46,291 nt of DNA, from positions 1 through 46,291 of the forward strand of contig JBAWVV010000001.1 in the NCBI GenBank assembly GCA_037147115.1. Direction: 5' to 3'. This document shows positions 8,568-20,866 of this stretch, piece by piece; position 1 is the first letter of the stretch; each line of letters opens with the position of its first letter. Origin of the DNA: Planctomycetia bacterium. GTDB lineage: Bacteria > Planctomycetota > Planctomycetia > Pirellulales > UBA1268. The position numbers were made by a program, and so were the translations under genes. A model generated the notes under the pieces. The model was not told where the DNA came from. It made no database searches and worked only from the letters and a program-made list of their open reading frames with translations.

Positions 8568-9650
8568 ATGAGACTTCCGCGGTTCTTCACGAAAAAGCGG
8601 GGCCATCGGAGAACCGACTCCCAAGCCTGGGGGTCGTTTGCCGAAGGGCTTTTTTATGCGTTGCTGGTCGGTGCCGGGGTCGTCTTCGGACTGCTCCTGG
8701 TGACCGGTGCGGTGACCTACGCGCCTGCCGATCCCGACTCGGTCGTGCTCCAGCGGGGCTACGAATGGTGGATGTGGCTGCTGACGCTGCTGATGCCCGT
8801 GGCGCTGCTGGCTTTTGGTGGGTCTGGTCTCGTTCGCGTCGTGCGAACGTGGGGAAAATCCCAGGAATACCGTGCCGCGGCGTCACGAGCGGTGATCCTC
8901 GAGGGACTTGCCGGTCCGTCGGCGGGGGCGGCAGGTCGTCCGGCGATCCCGTCGTGCGACAACCTCGAGAACTCTCCCGGCATCGTCCTTCGCTACCGAC
9001 TCCCTCTGGAGAGTCCTGAGAACTGGTCGTTGGTCGGGTTTGGATTGTTCGCGCTCCTGTGGAACGCTGTCGTCGTCGTGCTTGCCGTCGGCGTTGGGGC
9101 TGATCTCATCGGCGGCACGACCGATTGGTTGCTGATCGGTCTCCTCGTGCCGTTTGTCGTCGTCGGTGTGGGTGGGGTGGCGCTGTTCGTCAGATCGGTC
9201 GTGCTCTCCACGTCGGTGGGGCCGACGCACGTGGAGATCTCCGATCACCCGCTCGTCCCAGGCAGGCGGTATGACATCCGGCTCGGCCAGGGGGGCGCGC
9301 ACCTTTTCCGATCGATCGATCTCGCGCTCGAATTGGAGGAGACGGCGACATTCCGTCAGGGTACCGATACGAGAACCGAGCGGATCGTCGTGAGGCGAGT
9401 CACCGTCTCGGGGTGGCAACGCGTCCAACCGGTGCCCGGCGGGATCTTCGAAGCGCGCGTGCCGTTGACGATCCCGGCCGATGCGATGCACTCCTTCTCG
9501 AGCGAGAACAACGCCGTTCAATGGCGGATCGTGGTCCGTGCGCAGCCTGACCGGTGGCCAGAATTCATCCGTGTTTTTCCCGTTGTGGTGCTCCCCGTCA
9601 CAGCGCCAGGCGCCGGGGCCGTCCCCGAATCAGTGGAGGCAATGGGATGA
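8568..9650 (+). CDS. Four-TM membrane protein with a C-terminal arrestin-N/Spo0M-like beta-sandwich domain (hypothetical)
   Basis: The ATG at 8568 gives MRLPRFFTKKRGH followed by hydrophobic helices (FYALLVGAGVVFGLLLV; WWMWLLTLLMPVALLAF; LVGFGLFALLWNAVVVVLAV; LLIGLLVPFVVVGVGGVALFV). The C-terminal ~140 aa are beta-rich and end in the motif IPADAMHSFSSENNAVQWRIVVRA. The ORF-track N-terminus (8331-8567) overlaps the preceding gene and is Arg/Ser-rich junk. Confidence 0.6.
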   Translation: MRLPRFFTKKRGHRRTDSQAWGSFAEGLFYALLVGAGVVFGLLLVTGAVTYAPADPDSVVLQRGYEWWMWLLTLLMPVALLAFGGSGLVRVVRTWGKSQEYRAAASRAVILEGLAGPSAGAAGRPAIPSCDNLENSPGIVLRYRLPLESPENWSLVGFGLFALLWNAVVVVLAVGVGADLIGGTTDWLLIGLLVPFVVVGVGGVALFVRSVVLSTSVGPTHVEISDHPLVPGRRYDIRLGQGGAHLFRSIDLALELEETATFRQGTDTRTERIVVRRVTVSGWQRVQPVPGGIFEARVPLTIPADAMHSFSSENNAVQWRIVVRAQPDRWPEFIRVFPVVVLPVTAPGAGAVPESVEAMG

Positions 9651-10090
9651 ACGCTGCCGATAGCCACGGGGGAAGCGCCCATGGTCCCGCTGGTTCAACG
9701 CCGTTCCCGCGCATGGAGCTCCGCTTCAGTCATCCGGGCCGGAGGTACGAGCCGGGAGAATGGGTCACAGCCGAGTACACCATCGACGGCCTCAACGGAG
9801 AGCGGCCCCGCGCATTGGAACGTTCCGCCCTGTGGTACACCGAGGGCAAGGGGGAGGAGGATCTCGGTGTCCATTTCTTCGAACGCTTCTCGACGCCCGA
9901 GACCATCGATCGCGTCGTGCCAGAGGGCATCTTCGCCCTCCAACTGCCGCCGAGCCCACTGTCCTATGAAGGGGTGATCGTGAAGATCCGCTGGTGCATC
10001 CGCCTGCGAATCTTCTTCGAGTCGGGACGCGACCATGTCTCGGAGCATGTGTTCACCGTCGGCCGCGTTCCTCCATCGATCCTGCCGTGA
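9647..10090 (+). CDS. Small soluble arrestin-N/Spo0M-like beta-sandwich protein (hypothetical)
   Basis: The ATG at 9647 overlaps the upstream stop (ATGA, 9647-9650), with GGAGG at 9635-9639. Contains YEPGEWVTAEYTI ... LPPSPLSYEGVIVKIRWCIRLRI, which fits the arrestin-type PxSF...G.I.Y/W.h.h pattern. Confidence 0.55.
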   Translation: MNAADSHGGSAHGPAGSTPFPRMELRFSHPGRRYEPGEWVTAEYTIDGLNGERPRALERSALWYTEGKGEEDLGVHFFERFSTPETIDRVVPEGIFALQLPPSPLSYEGVIVKIRWCIRLRIFFESGRDHVSEHVFTVGRVPPSILP

Positions 10091-10112
10091 GCCATCCTCG
10101 GGACGTCGCGCC

Positions 10113-10739
10113 ATGGATGTCGGACAGACGATTCACCGTCCCAATCCATTCGCCACGCGATACGTCGCGTCGGCCCGTCTTCTGCCACGGGACGAGCAGG
10201 GCGGGATTCTCAATCTCGCGTCGCTCGTCGCCAGGCTTGATGCGCTCGGAGGATCGGGGGCGATCGTCGGTCCGCACGGGACGGGGAAGTCGACCGTACT
10301 CTCCCATCTGGGCGACTTCATCGCGACCGGGAAACGGCCCGTGGACAGGGTCAGGCTGCGGAGCCGGCGCGACATTCCCGCCGCCGTCCGCTCGGTCCGC
10401 GATGCTTCCCGGGACGGGCTGCTCTGCATCGACAGTTGGGAGCTCCTCGGATTTGCCGGCCGGGCCGTCGTCCGCGGTCTGGCCAGGATCCGCGGAGTCG
10501 GCCTGTTGGTCACATCCCACGGTCCGGCGGGCCTGCCGACACTGATTTCCTGCCGGGGCACCAGAGCACTCCTTGGGGCACTGGTCGGCGAGCTCCCCGA
10601 CCATGACGAGTGGTTCGGCAGGACGATCGTCGCCGCCGATCTGGATGCGGCGCTCGGCGCGTCCAACGGGGACGTGCGGCAGGCCCTCGACCGGCTCTAC
10701 GACCGCTTCGAACGGGGCCGGCTGCGGATGCCGCACTGA
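10113..10739 (+). CDS. Small P-loop NTPase (AAA-like), function unknown
   Basis: ATG at 10113, 208 aa. Walker A is IVGPHGTGKST and the Walker B-like motif is GLLCIDSWE. It lies 22 nt downstream of the previous gene. Confidence 0.6.
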   Translation: MDVGQTIHRPNPFATRYVASARLLPRDEQGGILNLASLVARLDALGGSGAIVGPHGTGKSTVLSHLGDFIATGKRPVDRVRLRSRRDIPAAVRSVRDASRDGLLCIDSWELLGFAGRAVVRGLARIRGVGLLVTSHGPAGLPTLISCRGTRALLGALVGELPDHDEWFGRTIVAADLDAALGASNGDVRQALDRLYDRFERGRLRMPH

Positions 10740-10995
10740 AGGGGCTCCCGGGGGTTTTCCGTCGGGTGGCCCTCCGCAGAAGCGCCGGCGCCGGTCGGTC
10801 GTACCGATCGTGCGATTGGTGACGGTTGTGCGGTGACCGCCGCTGAAATTTACGTTTTTACTCCCGAAATAAATTGCCCAGCCCCCCGGGTCGGCAACCT
10901 ACGCTAGACAGGATCGTGGAGGTGGCCATGCCCGTGCTGGCCAGCCGCTGCGGCGAATGGTGGGATGGCATTCGGGCGATTCCGAGGAGTGTGTC

Positions 10996-12279
10996 ATGAA
11001 CGTGCGGCGTTTGGTCGTGACGATGAACCTGGCTGTGGCCCTGGCGCTGGGAGCCCCTCGCGTCGGCTCGGCGCAGTGCTGTCTCAATGACCTGTTTGCC
11101 GGTTTCCATTCCTGCTTTTACAAGGCCCCCCAGGCCTACGCCGTCGCGCCGGTCGTGGCTCCAGTGGCAGCGCCGGCGATGGTGATGGCGCCGGCGATGG
11201 CGCCGGCCATGCCGGTCATGGCGCCGGTGCCCATCGCCCCTCCACCCCCCGTGACGGTTCCCGTCCAGCAGGTGAGCTACGTCCCCGAGACGACGTATCG
11301 AACCGAATACCGCTCGGTGCCGGTGACCAGTTACAAGCCCTCCTGCGAGATCGATCCCTGCACCGGTTGCCCGCGTGATTGCATGGAGCAGGTGACCAAT
11401 TACGTCCAGCAGGCGGTCAACGTCCCGGTCACGCAGTACCGCGCCGTCTATTCCACGAAATACGTCCAGATGCAGCCCCAGCAAGGATATGGCCAGCCCG
11501 CCTACGGCCAGCCGGCGTATGGCCAGCCCGCCTACACCCAGCCGATGGTGGGAGCGCCCGCGGCGGCCCCGGCCGCCGCAGCGCCGTCGTCGGCGTGGGT
11601 TCCGGGGACCGGCGTCGCTCCGGGGCCGGCAGGGGCAGCGACGAGCCCGTTTGCCGCGCCGGTGCAGACAACGCCGCAGGCGTGGGGCGCCGCCGGCGCC
11701 GATATCTCCCAGCAGGTCCTCCCCGGTCAGACGAACATCTCGGCCCCGGTTCTCCAGCAGGGGGGCTCCGTAGCGCCGCCGACCTATCAACCGCAGATCG
11801 TTCCGCAGAGTGGGGCCTTCCCGGTGCCCCAGCAACAGACGCCGCTGCTCCAGCCGACCAATCCACCAGCGCTCACCCCGGCCCCGTCGTTGAGGCCCGT
11901 CACGGAATTGCCGCAGAGCGGTGGCCAGGCCAGTTCAACGCCGGCCGCGTCGGGAACCAGCGCTGTGGCCCCGGCGGAGGGATCGCTGTCCCCCGCACCG
12001 GCCGCGGTTCAGGCCCCCACCGACAAGCCGATCGGCGGGGATTCTGTCCCCCAGGCCGGTGCCCAGCGACTCGTTCCGATCCCGGTCGCACCCGCCGCCC
12101 CTGCCCCCCGTGGAACGACTCCCGGCATGCCGACGGTCCCGGGGCCCGGGCCGGGAACGACCACCGGGGCCTTCCCGCGACTCCTCGCGCCGACGGCCCA
12201 CACCACGTCGTGGCAGCCGGTCGCCCCTCGTCCGGCCCCCTATCCCACCGCAGCCCTGCCGTCGCGTCCACAGCAGTGA
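10996..12279 (+). CDS. Secreted Pro/Ala/Gln-rich low-complexity protein with Cys-rich N-terminal region
   Basis: The ATG at 10996 is preceded by GAGGAG (10984-10989). Signal peptide is MNVRRLVVTMNLAVALALGAPRVGSAQ. It has a CC..C..C..C..C region, VPxTxYR-type short repeats, GQPAY x3, then a long P/A/Q/T tail. The antisense ORF 10858-11835 is His/Arg junk. Confidence 0.6.
   Translation: MNVRRLVVTMNLAVALALGAPRVGSAQCCLNDLFAGFHSCFYKAPQAYAVAPVVAPVAAPAMVMAPAMAPAMPVMAPVPIAPPPPVTVPVQQVSYVPETTYRTEYRSVPVTSYKPSCEIDPCTGCPRDCMEQVTNYVQQAVNVPVTQYRAVYSTKYVQMQPQQGYGQPAYGQPAYGQPAYTQPMVGAPAAAPAAAAPSSAWVPGTGVAPGPAGAATSPFAAPVQTTPQAWGAAGADISQQVLPGQTNISAPVLQQGGSVAPPTYQPQIVPQSGAFPVPQQQTPLLQPTNPPALTPAPSLRPVTELPQSGGQASSTPAASGTSAVAPAEGSLSPAPAAVQAPTDKPIGGDSVPQAGAQRLVPIPVAPAAPAPRGTTPGMPTVPGPGPGTTTGAFPRLLAPTAHTTSWQPVAPRPAPYPTAALPSRPQQ
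11491..11535 (+). repeat. In-frame 15-nt tandem repeat x3 encoding GQPAY
   Basis: ggccagcccgcctac / ggccagccggcgtat / ggccagcccgcctac at 11491-11505, 11506-11520 and 11521-11535. Confidence 0.9.
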
Positions 12280-12310
12280 GCTGACGGGGTCCGTTCCAGC
12301 GGGATCCTCC

Positions 12311-14068
12311 TTGACCAACGCCGACGTCGCCGCCCTCTTCGATCGCCTCGCCGACCTCCTCGAATACGACGGGGAGAACGCGTTTAGGATTCGCGCTTAC
12401 CGCGCCGCGGCCCGGACCATCGCCGATCAGGTTGATTCCCTCGAATCGATCCGTGGGGACGAAGCACGATCCCTCACCGACCTCGACGGCATCGGCAGGG
12501 ATCTCGCCACCAAGATTGAGACGATCCTCGACACCGGCAAACTTCCACTCCTCGAGGAGTTGTCGGCCCGGGTTTCGGTCGGGGTGTTCGATCTGCTACG
12601 GGTGCCCGGGCTCGGGCCGAAGAAGGTCCGCTTGCTCGTCGATTCCCTGGAGATTGATTCGCTCGATGCCCTCGAGGCGGCCTGCCGCGCCGCAACGGTG
12701 CGCGGGGTGAAGGGGTTCGGCGAAAAGACGGAAGCCATGATCCTCAAGAACATCGCCTTCGTCAGGGGCGCTGCCGTGCCGCGGCAACTCTGGGAGGAGG
12801 CCGATCAGGTTGTCACCGACATCGTCGCCTGGATGCGCGGCTGTCCGGCCGTCGAGCGGATCGAGGCGGCCGGGAGTTGGCGGCGGGGGTGCGAGACGGT
12901 CGGCGACATCGATCTTGTCGCCGTGGCGACCGACGCTGCGCCGGTGATGGAGCACTTCCGGCGGTGGGCCCATGCGGTGGAGGGCATCGTGGCAGGCCCG
13001 ACGAAGTCGAGTATCCGTGGGCCGCGCGGACTCCAGTTCGATCTCCGAGTCGTCGGGGCGCCCTCCTTCGGGGCCGCCTGGCAGTACTTCACCGGCTCGA
13101 AGGAGCACAACATCCGTCTCCGTTCGTGGGCACGCGAGCGGGGCTGGTCGCTCAACGAATATGGCTTCCAGCCGGTCGGGGCTTCCGCCCCGGCGGCGCC
13201 CCCTCCGGCGGCGACCGAGGCCGAGGTCTACGGGGCCCTCGGGCTCGCCTGGATCCCCCCGGAACTGCGCGAGGGGCGCGACGAGGTCCTGCTGGCGGCC
13301 GAGGGGAGGCTCCCCTTCCTTATCGAGGAGCAGGAGATCCGTGGCGATCTCCACATGCACACCACCGACACCGACGGCGAGGACACGCTTGTCGAGATGG
13401 TCCGCGGCGCGCGGGAGCGAGGTCTCGAGTATGTCGCGATCACCGATCATGGCCAGCGTGTCACGATGGCCCGCGGGCTCGACAAGACGCGACTCCTCGG
13501 GCAGTGGGATCGGATCGACAGGCTCAATGAGACGCTCGCCGCCGAGGGGCCGGCGCCGATCATCGTGCTCAAGGGGATCGAGGTCGACATGCTCGAGCGC
13601 GGCGGGCTCGACCTTCCCGACGACGTACTCTCACGCGCTGATTGGGTCGTCGCGAGCCTCCACTACGGGCAGTCACAGCCCAGGGACCGGATCACGGAGC
13701 GGATCCTGGAGGCGATCCGCCATCCCGCCGTGAGGGTCATCGGGCATCCCACCGGCCGCCTCATCAATCGCCGCCCCGCCTACGACGTTGACATGGAAGC
13801 GGTGATCGCGGCTGCGGCTGCGGCGGGCACGTTCCTGGAAATCAATGCCCATCCGAGCCGACTCGACCTCGACGATCACCACGCGGCCGCCGCTCGACGG
13901 GCCGGCGTGAGGATGGTGATCTCGACCGATGCTCATTCGGTCCGGGGGCTTGGCGTGATGCGGTGCGGCGTCCTCCAGGCGCGCCGTGCCGGGCTGACCC
14001 GCGCCGACGTCGTCAATACCCTCGGCTGGAGTGACTTCCGTCGGCTGCTCGGGGGACGGTCGACCTGA
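12311..14068 (+). CDS. polX: DNA polymerase X family with C-terminal PHP phosphoesterase domain (bacterial PolX)
   Basis: TNADVAALFDRLADLLEYDGENAFRIRAYRAAARTI is the PolX N-terminal HhH region. The Pol beta-like core contains GSWRRGCETVGDIDLV. The PHP domain shows DLHMHTTDTDGEDTL, YVAITDHG, SLHYG and ISTDAH. The start is taken as the TTG at 12311. The ORF-track extension from 11921 overlaps the previous gene and is Arg/Pro junk. Confidence 0.8.
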   Translation: MTNADVAALFDRLADLLEYDGENAFRIRAYRAAARTIADQVDSLESIRGDEARSLTDLDGIGRDLATKIETILDTGKLPLLEELSARVSVGVFDLLRVPGLGPKKVRLLVDSLEIDSLDALEAACRAATVRGVKGFGEKTEAMILKNIAFVRGAAVPRQLWEEADQVVTDIVAWMRGCPAVERIEAAGSWRRGCETVGDIDLVAVATDAAPVMEHFRRWAHAVEGIVAGPTKSSIRGPRGLQFDLRVVGAPSFGAAWQYFTGSKEHNIRLRSWARERGWSLNEYGFQPVGASAPAAPPPAATEAEVYGALGLAWIPPELREGRDEVLLAAEGRLPFLIEEQEIRGDLHMHTTDTDGEDTLVEMVRGARERGLEYVAITDHGQRVTMARGLDKTRLLGQWDRIDRLNETLAAEGPAPIIVLKGIEVDMLERGGLDLPDDVLSRADWVVASLHYGQSQPRDRITERILEAIRHPAVRVIGHPTGRLINRRPAYDVDMEAVIAAAAAAGTFLEINAHPSRLDLDDHHAAAARRAGVRMVISTDAHSVRGLGVMRCGVLQARRAGLTRADVVNTLGWSDFRRLLGGRST

Positions 14069-15259
14069 TCATTCGGGCGACCGTACGCAGCGGAAACCGA
14101 TGTGGTTGGCCCCTGACGACACCTCCCCTTTCCCCCGCGTGCCGACAATGTATCGGGAGCAGTATTGGTCGGTGCAGAGGAACGAGCCTCCCCGCAGCGC
14201 CCGTTTGGCCTGGCCCGGTTCCTGCGGGTCGTGGCTCGTGTCCGGTCCCTGCGGATTGCGCAGTGGCTGGGCCGACCTGCGGGCATCGCGGGCGTAGGTG
14301 TCGGGGCGGTACCAGTCGGTACACCACTCCCAAACGTTTCCCGACATGTCGTGCAGGCCGTAGGGGTTGGCTGGGTACGTGGCGACCGGCGCTGCGAATA
14401 CGAAGCCGTCCGCGGCAGTGTTGTTCGCCGGAAACGGCCCCTGCCAGATGTTGGCCATCTCCCGCCCTTCCGGCTGGAACTCGTCTCCCCAGGGGTACAT
14501 CGATCCCGTCATGCCGCCGCGAGCGGCAAACTCCCATTCGGCCTCGGTCGGAAGGCGTTTGCCGGCCCATGTCGCAAACGCCACGGCGTCGTCATGGGCG
14601 ATCTGCACCACCGGATCGCCACCATGCCCCTCGATCGAGCTGTCCGGGCCGGTGGGGCGGCGCCAACAGGCCCCCGGGACGTACGTCCACCACTGGTAGT
14701 GGTTGTCGAGGGATACCGGTCCCTCGGGCGGCGTGAAGACGATCGAGCCGGCAATGAGGTTCTCGGCCGGTGCTTCTGGGAAATCCTCGGCGCGGGGGGG
14801 CGTCTCGGCCACGGTCACATAGCCGGTCGCTGCCACGAACGTCGCAAACTGGTCGTTGGTGACCTCGGTGGTGTCCATCCAGAACCCGTCGACGTGGACA
14901 CGGTGTACCGGCCGGCCGTCGGGCATCGGATCGTTGCCGCCGAACGGTCTGCCACGCGGGTCGTCGCATCCCATTGAGAACTCGCCGCCAGGGATCCACA
15001 CCATTCCTCTTGGAGGCTCGGCAGCCGGGGCTGCTGGGCCGGGGCGGGTCGCCTCGAAGCCCCGTCCCTGGGCTCGGCCCGCGCGGGGGGCCTCCCGAGT
15101 GGCGAGGAGCACGACAGCAACGAGCACGGCCGCCGTTGCCAGGCCGAGAAGGAGCGGCCAGGGCACGTCACGCTCAACGGAGGATCGTGCCGCCACGGGA
15201 GAATCTCCAACGAAACGACGGCTGGGCGCGGCGTTCCGGCGCCGCCCCCCGCCGTTCAT
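14069..15259 (-). CDS. Formylglycine-generating enzyme (FGE/SUMF1) family protein, N-terminally membrane-anchored
   Basis: 396 aa. Motifs: MVWIPGGEFSMGCDD, TNDQFATFVAATGY, WAGKRLPTEAEWEFAARGG, NPYGLHDMSGNVWEWCTDWY, RGGSFLC, GFRC. Confidence 0.85.
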   Translation of the reverse strand: MNGGGRRRNAAPSRRFVGDSPVAARSSVERDVPWPLLLGLATAAVLVAVVLLATREAPRAGRAQGRGFEATRPGPAAPAAEPPRGMVWIPGGEFSMGCDDPRGRPFGGNDPMPDGRPVHRVHVDGFWMDTTEVTNDQFATFVAATGYVTVAETPPRAEDFPEAPAENLIAGSIVFTPPEGPVSLDNHYQWWTYVPGACWRRPTGPDSSIEGHGGDPVVQIAHDDAVAFATWAGKRLPTEAEWEFAARGGMTGSMYPWGDEFQPEGREMANIWQGPFPANNTAADGFVFAAPVATYPANPYGLHDMSGNVWEWCTDWYRPDTYARDARRSAQPLRNPQGPDTSHDPQEPGQAKRALRGGSFLCTDQYCSRYIVGTRGKGEVSSGANHIGFRCVRSPE

Positions 15260-15316
15260 CCCCGCGAGTCTGGCATACGGGGCCTCGACGGGGAAGCGCC
15301 GCTGGCCGGCAGCCGG

Positions 15317-16264
15317 TCAGCGGGCGCCCAGGTTACCGACGTCAGCCTTTTCCCCCGGGCGCGTGCCCGAGGCATCGATGGTTTTGGTAACGGTGACACT
15401 GTCTGCGAAGACGGTGCCGTCACCGAGTGCCCCCTCGCCCGTCCAGAGCCGTCCCTTGATCTCGATGACGTCACCGGGCCTGACCATTCCGATCTGGGAT
15501 GTGGCGACCTCGACGACCGCATCCTCGGCCAAGGGGATCGTGAGCCGCCGGATCTTCCCGGCGTCGACACGGATGGAGAGGATGCCCCGCTTCAACTGGA
15601 CGACCTTTCCGACGATCATCTCGTCGATCCCCGGCGTGACGGACGTCGGCTTGGCCTCCGCCGTTGGGGTGGCGACATGGAGGAGCTGAATCGGGGTCGA
15701 AGCCCTTCCTTTACCGTCGACGTTCGCCTGAAAACGGACAAGCATGCCGGGGCTGAGCAGGGAGATGGCGGCCGTCCCGTTGACGTCGACGCGTGACACT
15801 CCAGCGGGATGGAGGAGCGCGACCCGCTCTACCGGTCCCGTGCCGTCGTTGGAGGTTTGGAGAAAGGCCACAGCGCCCCCAGCATTGGTGCCGGTGACCC
15901 CCTTTACTACCCCGCGGAACTCATCCTCCGGGAGGCTGTCGATCGACAGCTTGTTGTTCTCCACGGGGAGCGTGATCGCCTTGTTCGTGTTCCGGCAGGC
16001 GCCGAGGTTCCAAAGCCGTTCGTAGGCCTTTTGGATCGCCGCTGACTTGAAAAACGTTCCCCAGTGGATCGTGCCGTCGGGGAGGACCGGCGGCGTGGGA
16101 TCCTGGCTGTCGGCATAGGGGTTGTAGGGGGCCACCTGCGCGAACACGACCGGGAGCGAGCCGCTTCCAGTCACAGCCAGCACGAACCCGAGGAGTACCG
16201 CCCCCGATTCCCGGAGTGGCTGAGCGAAAGGCCCGGTCCGGCGGAGGGCAAGGAGGGAATGCAT
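15317..16264 (-). CDS. Secreted hypothetical protein (beta-rich)
   Basis: The ATG at 16264 gives MHSLLALRRTG...AVLLGFVLAVTGSGSLPVVFAQ, which is signal-like. No recognisable catalytic motif. Alternative starts are at 16294 and 16327. Confidence 0.5.
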   Translation of the reverse strand: MHSLLALRRTGPFAQPLRESGAVLLGFVLAVTGSGSLPVVFAQVAPYNPYADSQDPTPPVLPDGTIHWGTFFKSAAIQKAYERLWNLGACRNTNKAITLPVENNKLSIDSLPEDEFRGVVKGVTGTNAGGAVAFLQTSNDGTGPVERVALLHPAGVSRVDVNGTAAISLLSPGMLVRFQANVDGKGRASTPIQLLHVATPTAEAKPTSVTPGIDEMIVGKVVQLKRGILSIRVDAGKIRRLTIPLAEDAVVEVATSQIGMVRPGDVIEIKGRLWTGEGALGDGTVFADSVTVTKTIDASGTRPGEKADVGNLGAR

Positions 16265-16384
16265 CGGGGGACTCCGGAGGAAAGGCCATTCCATGGTCCT
16301 TCGGCGCCACGGAGCGTCCAACCGCACTCGGGCGGCTCCCCATGGAACGTCCGGACCGACCGTTAAGACTGGCCCAAAGGCCGG

Positions 16385-20725
<4,341 letters not shown>

Positions 20726-20797
20726 GAGACGTCTCCTTAGAAGAACCCTGATGGGCTGTTGAGGGTGGCGTTGGGGTCGCCGGGATCGGATGCGGTG

Positions 20798-20844
20798 GGA
20801 AAAAAACGGGAACCGGTGGGTGACACGGTTGCGTCACCCACCGG
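20798..20844 (-). terminator. Intrinsic-terminator-like hairpin plus U-run between rpoB and rpoC
   Basis: Perfect 12-bp stem CCGGTGGGTGAC / GTCACCCACCGG (20813-20824 / 20833-20844) with an 8-nt loop. On the sense (minus) strand it is followed by TTCCCGTTTTTTT (A7 at 20800-20806 on the + strand). It sits 22 nt after the rpoB stop. Confidence 0.45.
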
Positions 20845-20866
20845 GGTCGGCGGTAGGAAGGAGCGG

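Noticed and set aside
10858-11835. 325-aa minus-strand ORF opposite the secreted Pro/Ala-rich gene
   Set aside because: The translation is dominated by His/Arg/Gly runs (HRRHDRHGRRHRRRHHHRRR). The plus-strand frame has an SD, a signal peptide and in-frame repeats.
11921-12310. N-terminal 130-codon extension of the PolX ORF
   Set aside because: It overlaps the 3' end of the preceding gene and is Arg/Pro/Ser junk. PolX homology begins right at the TTG at 12311.
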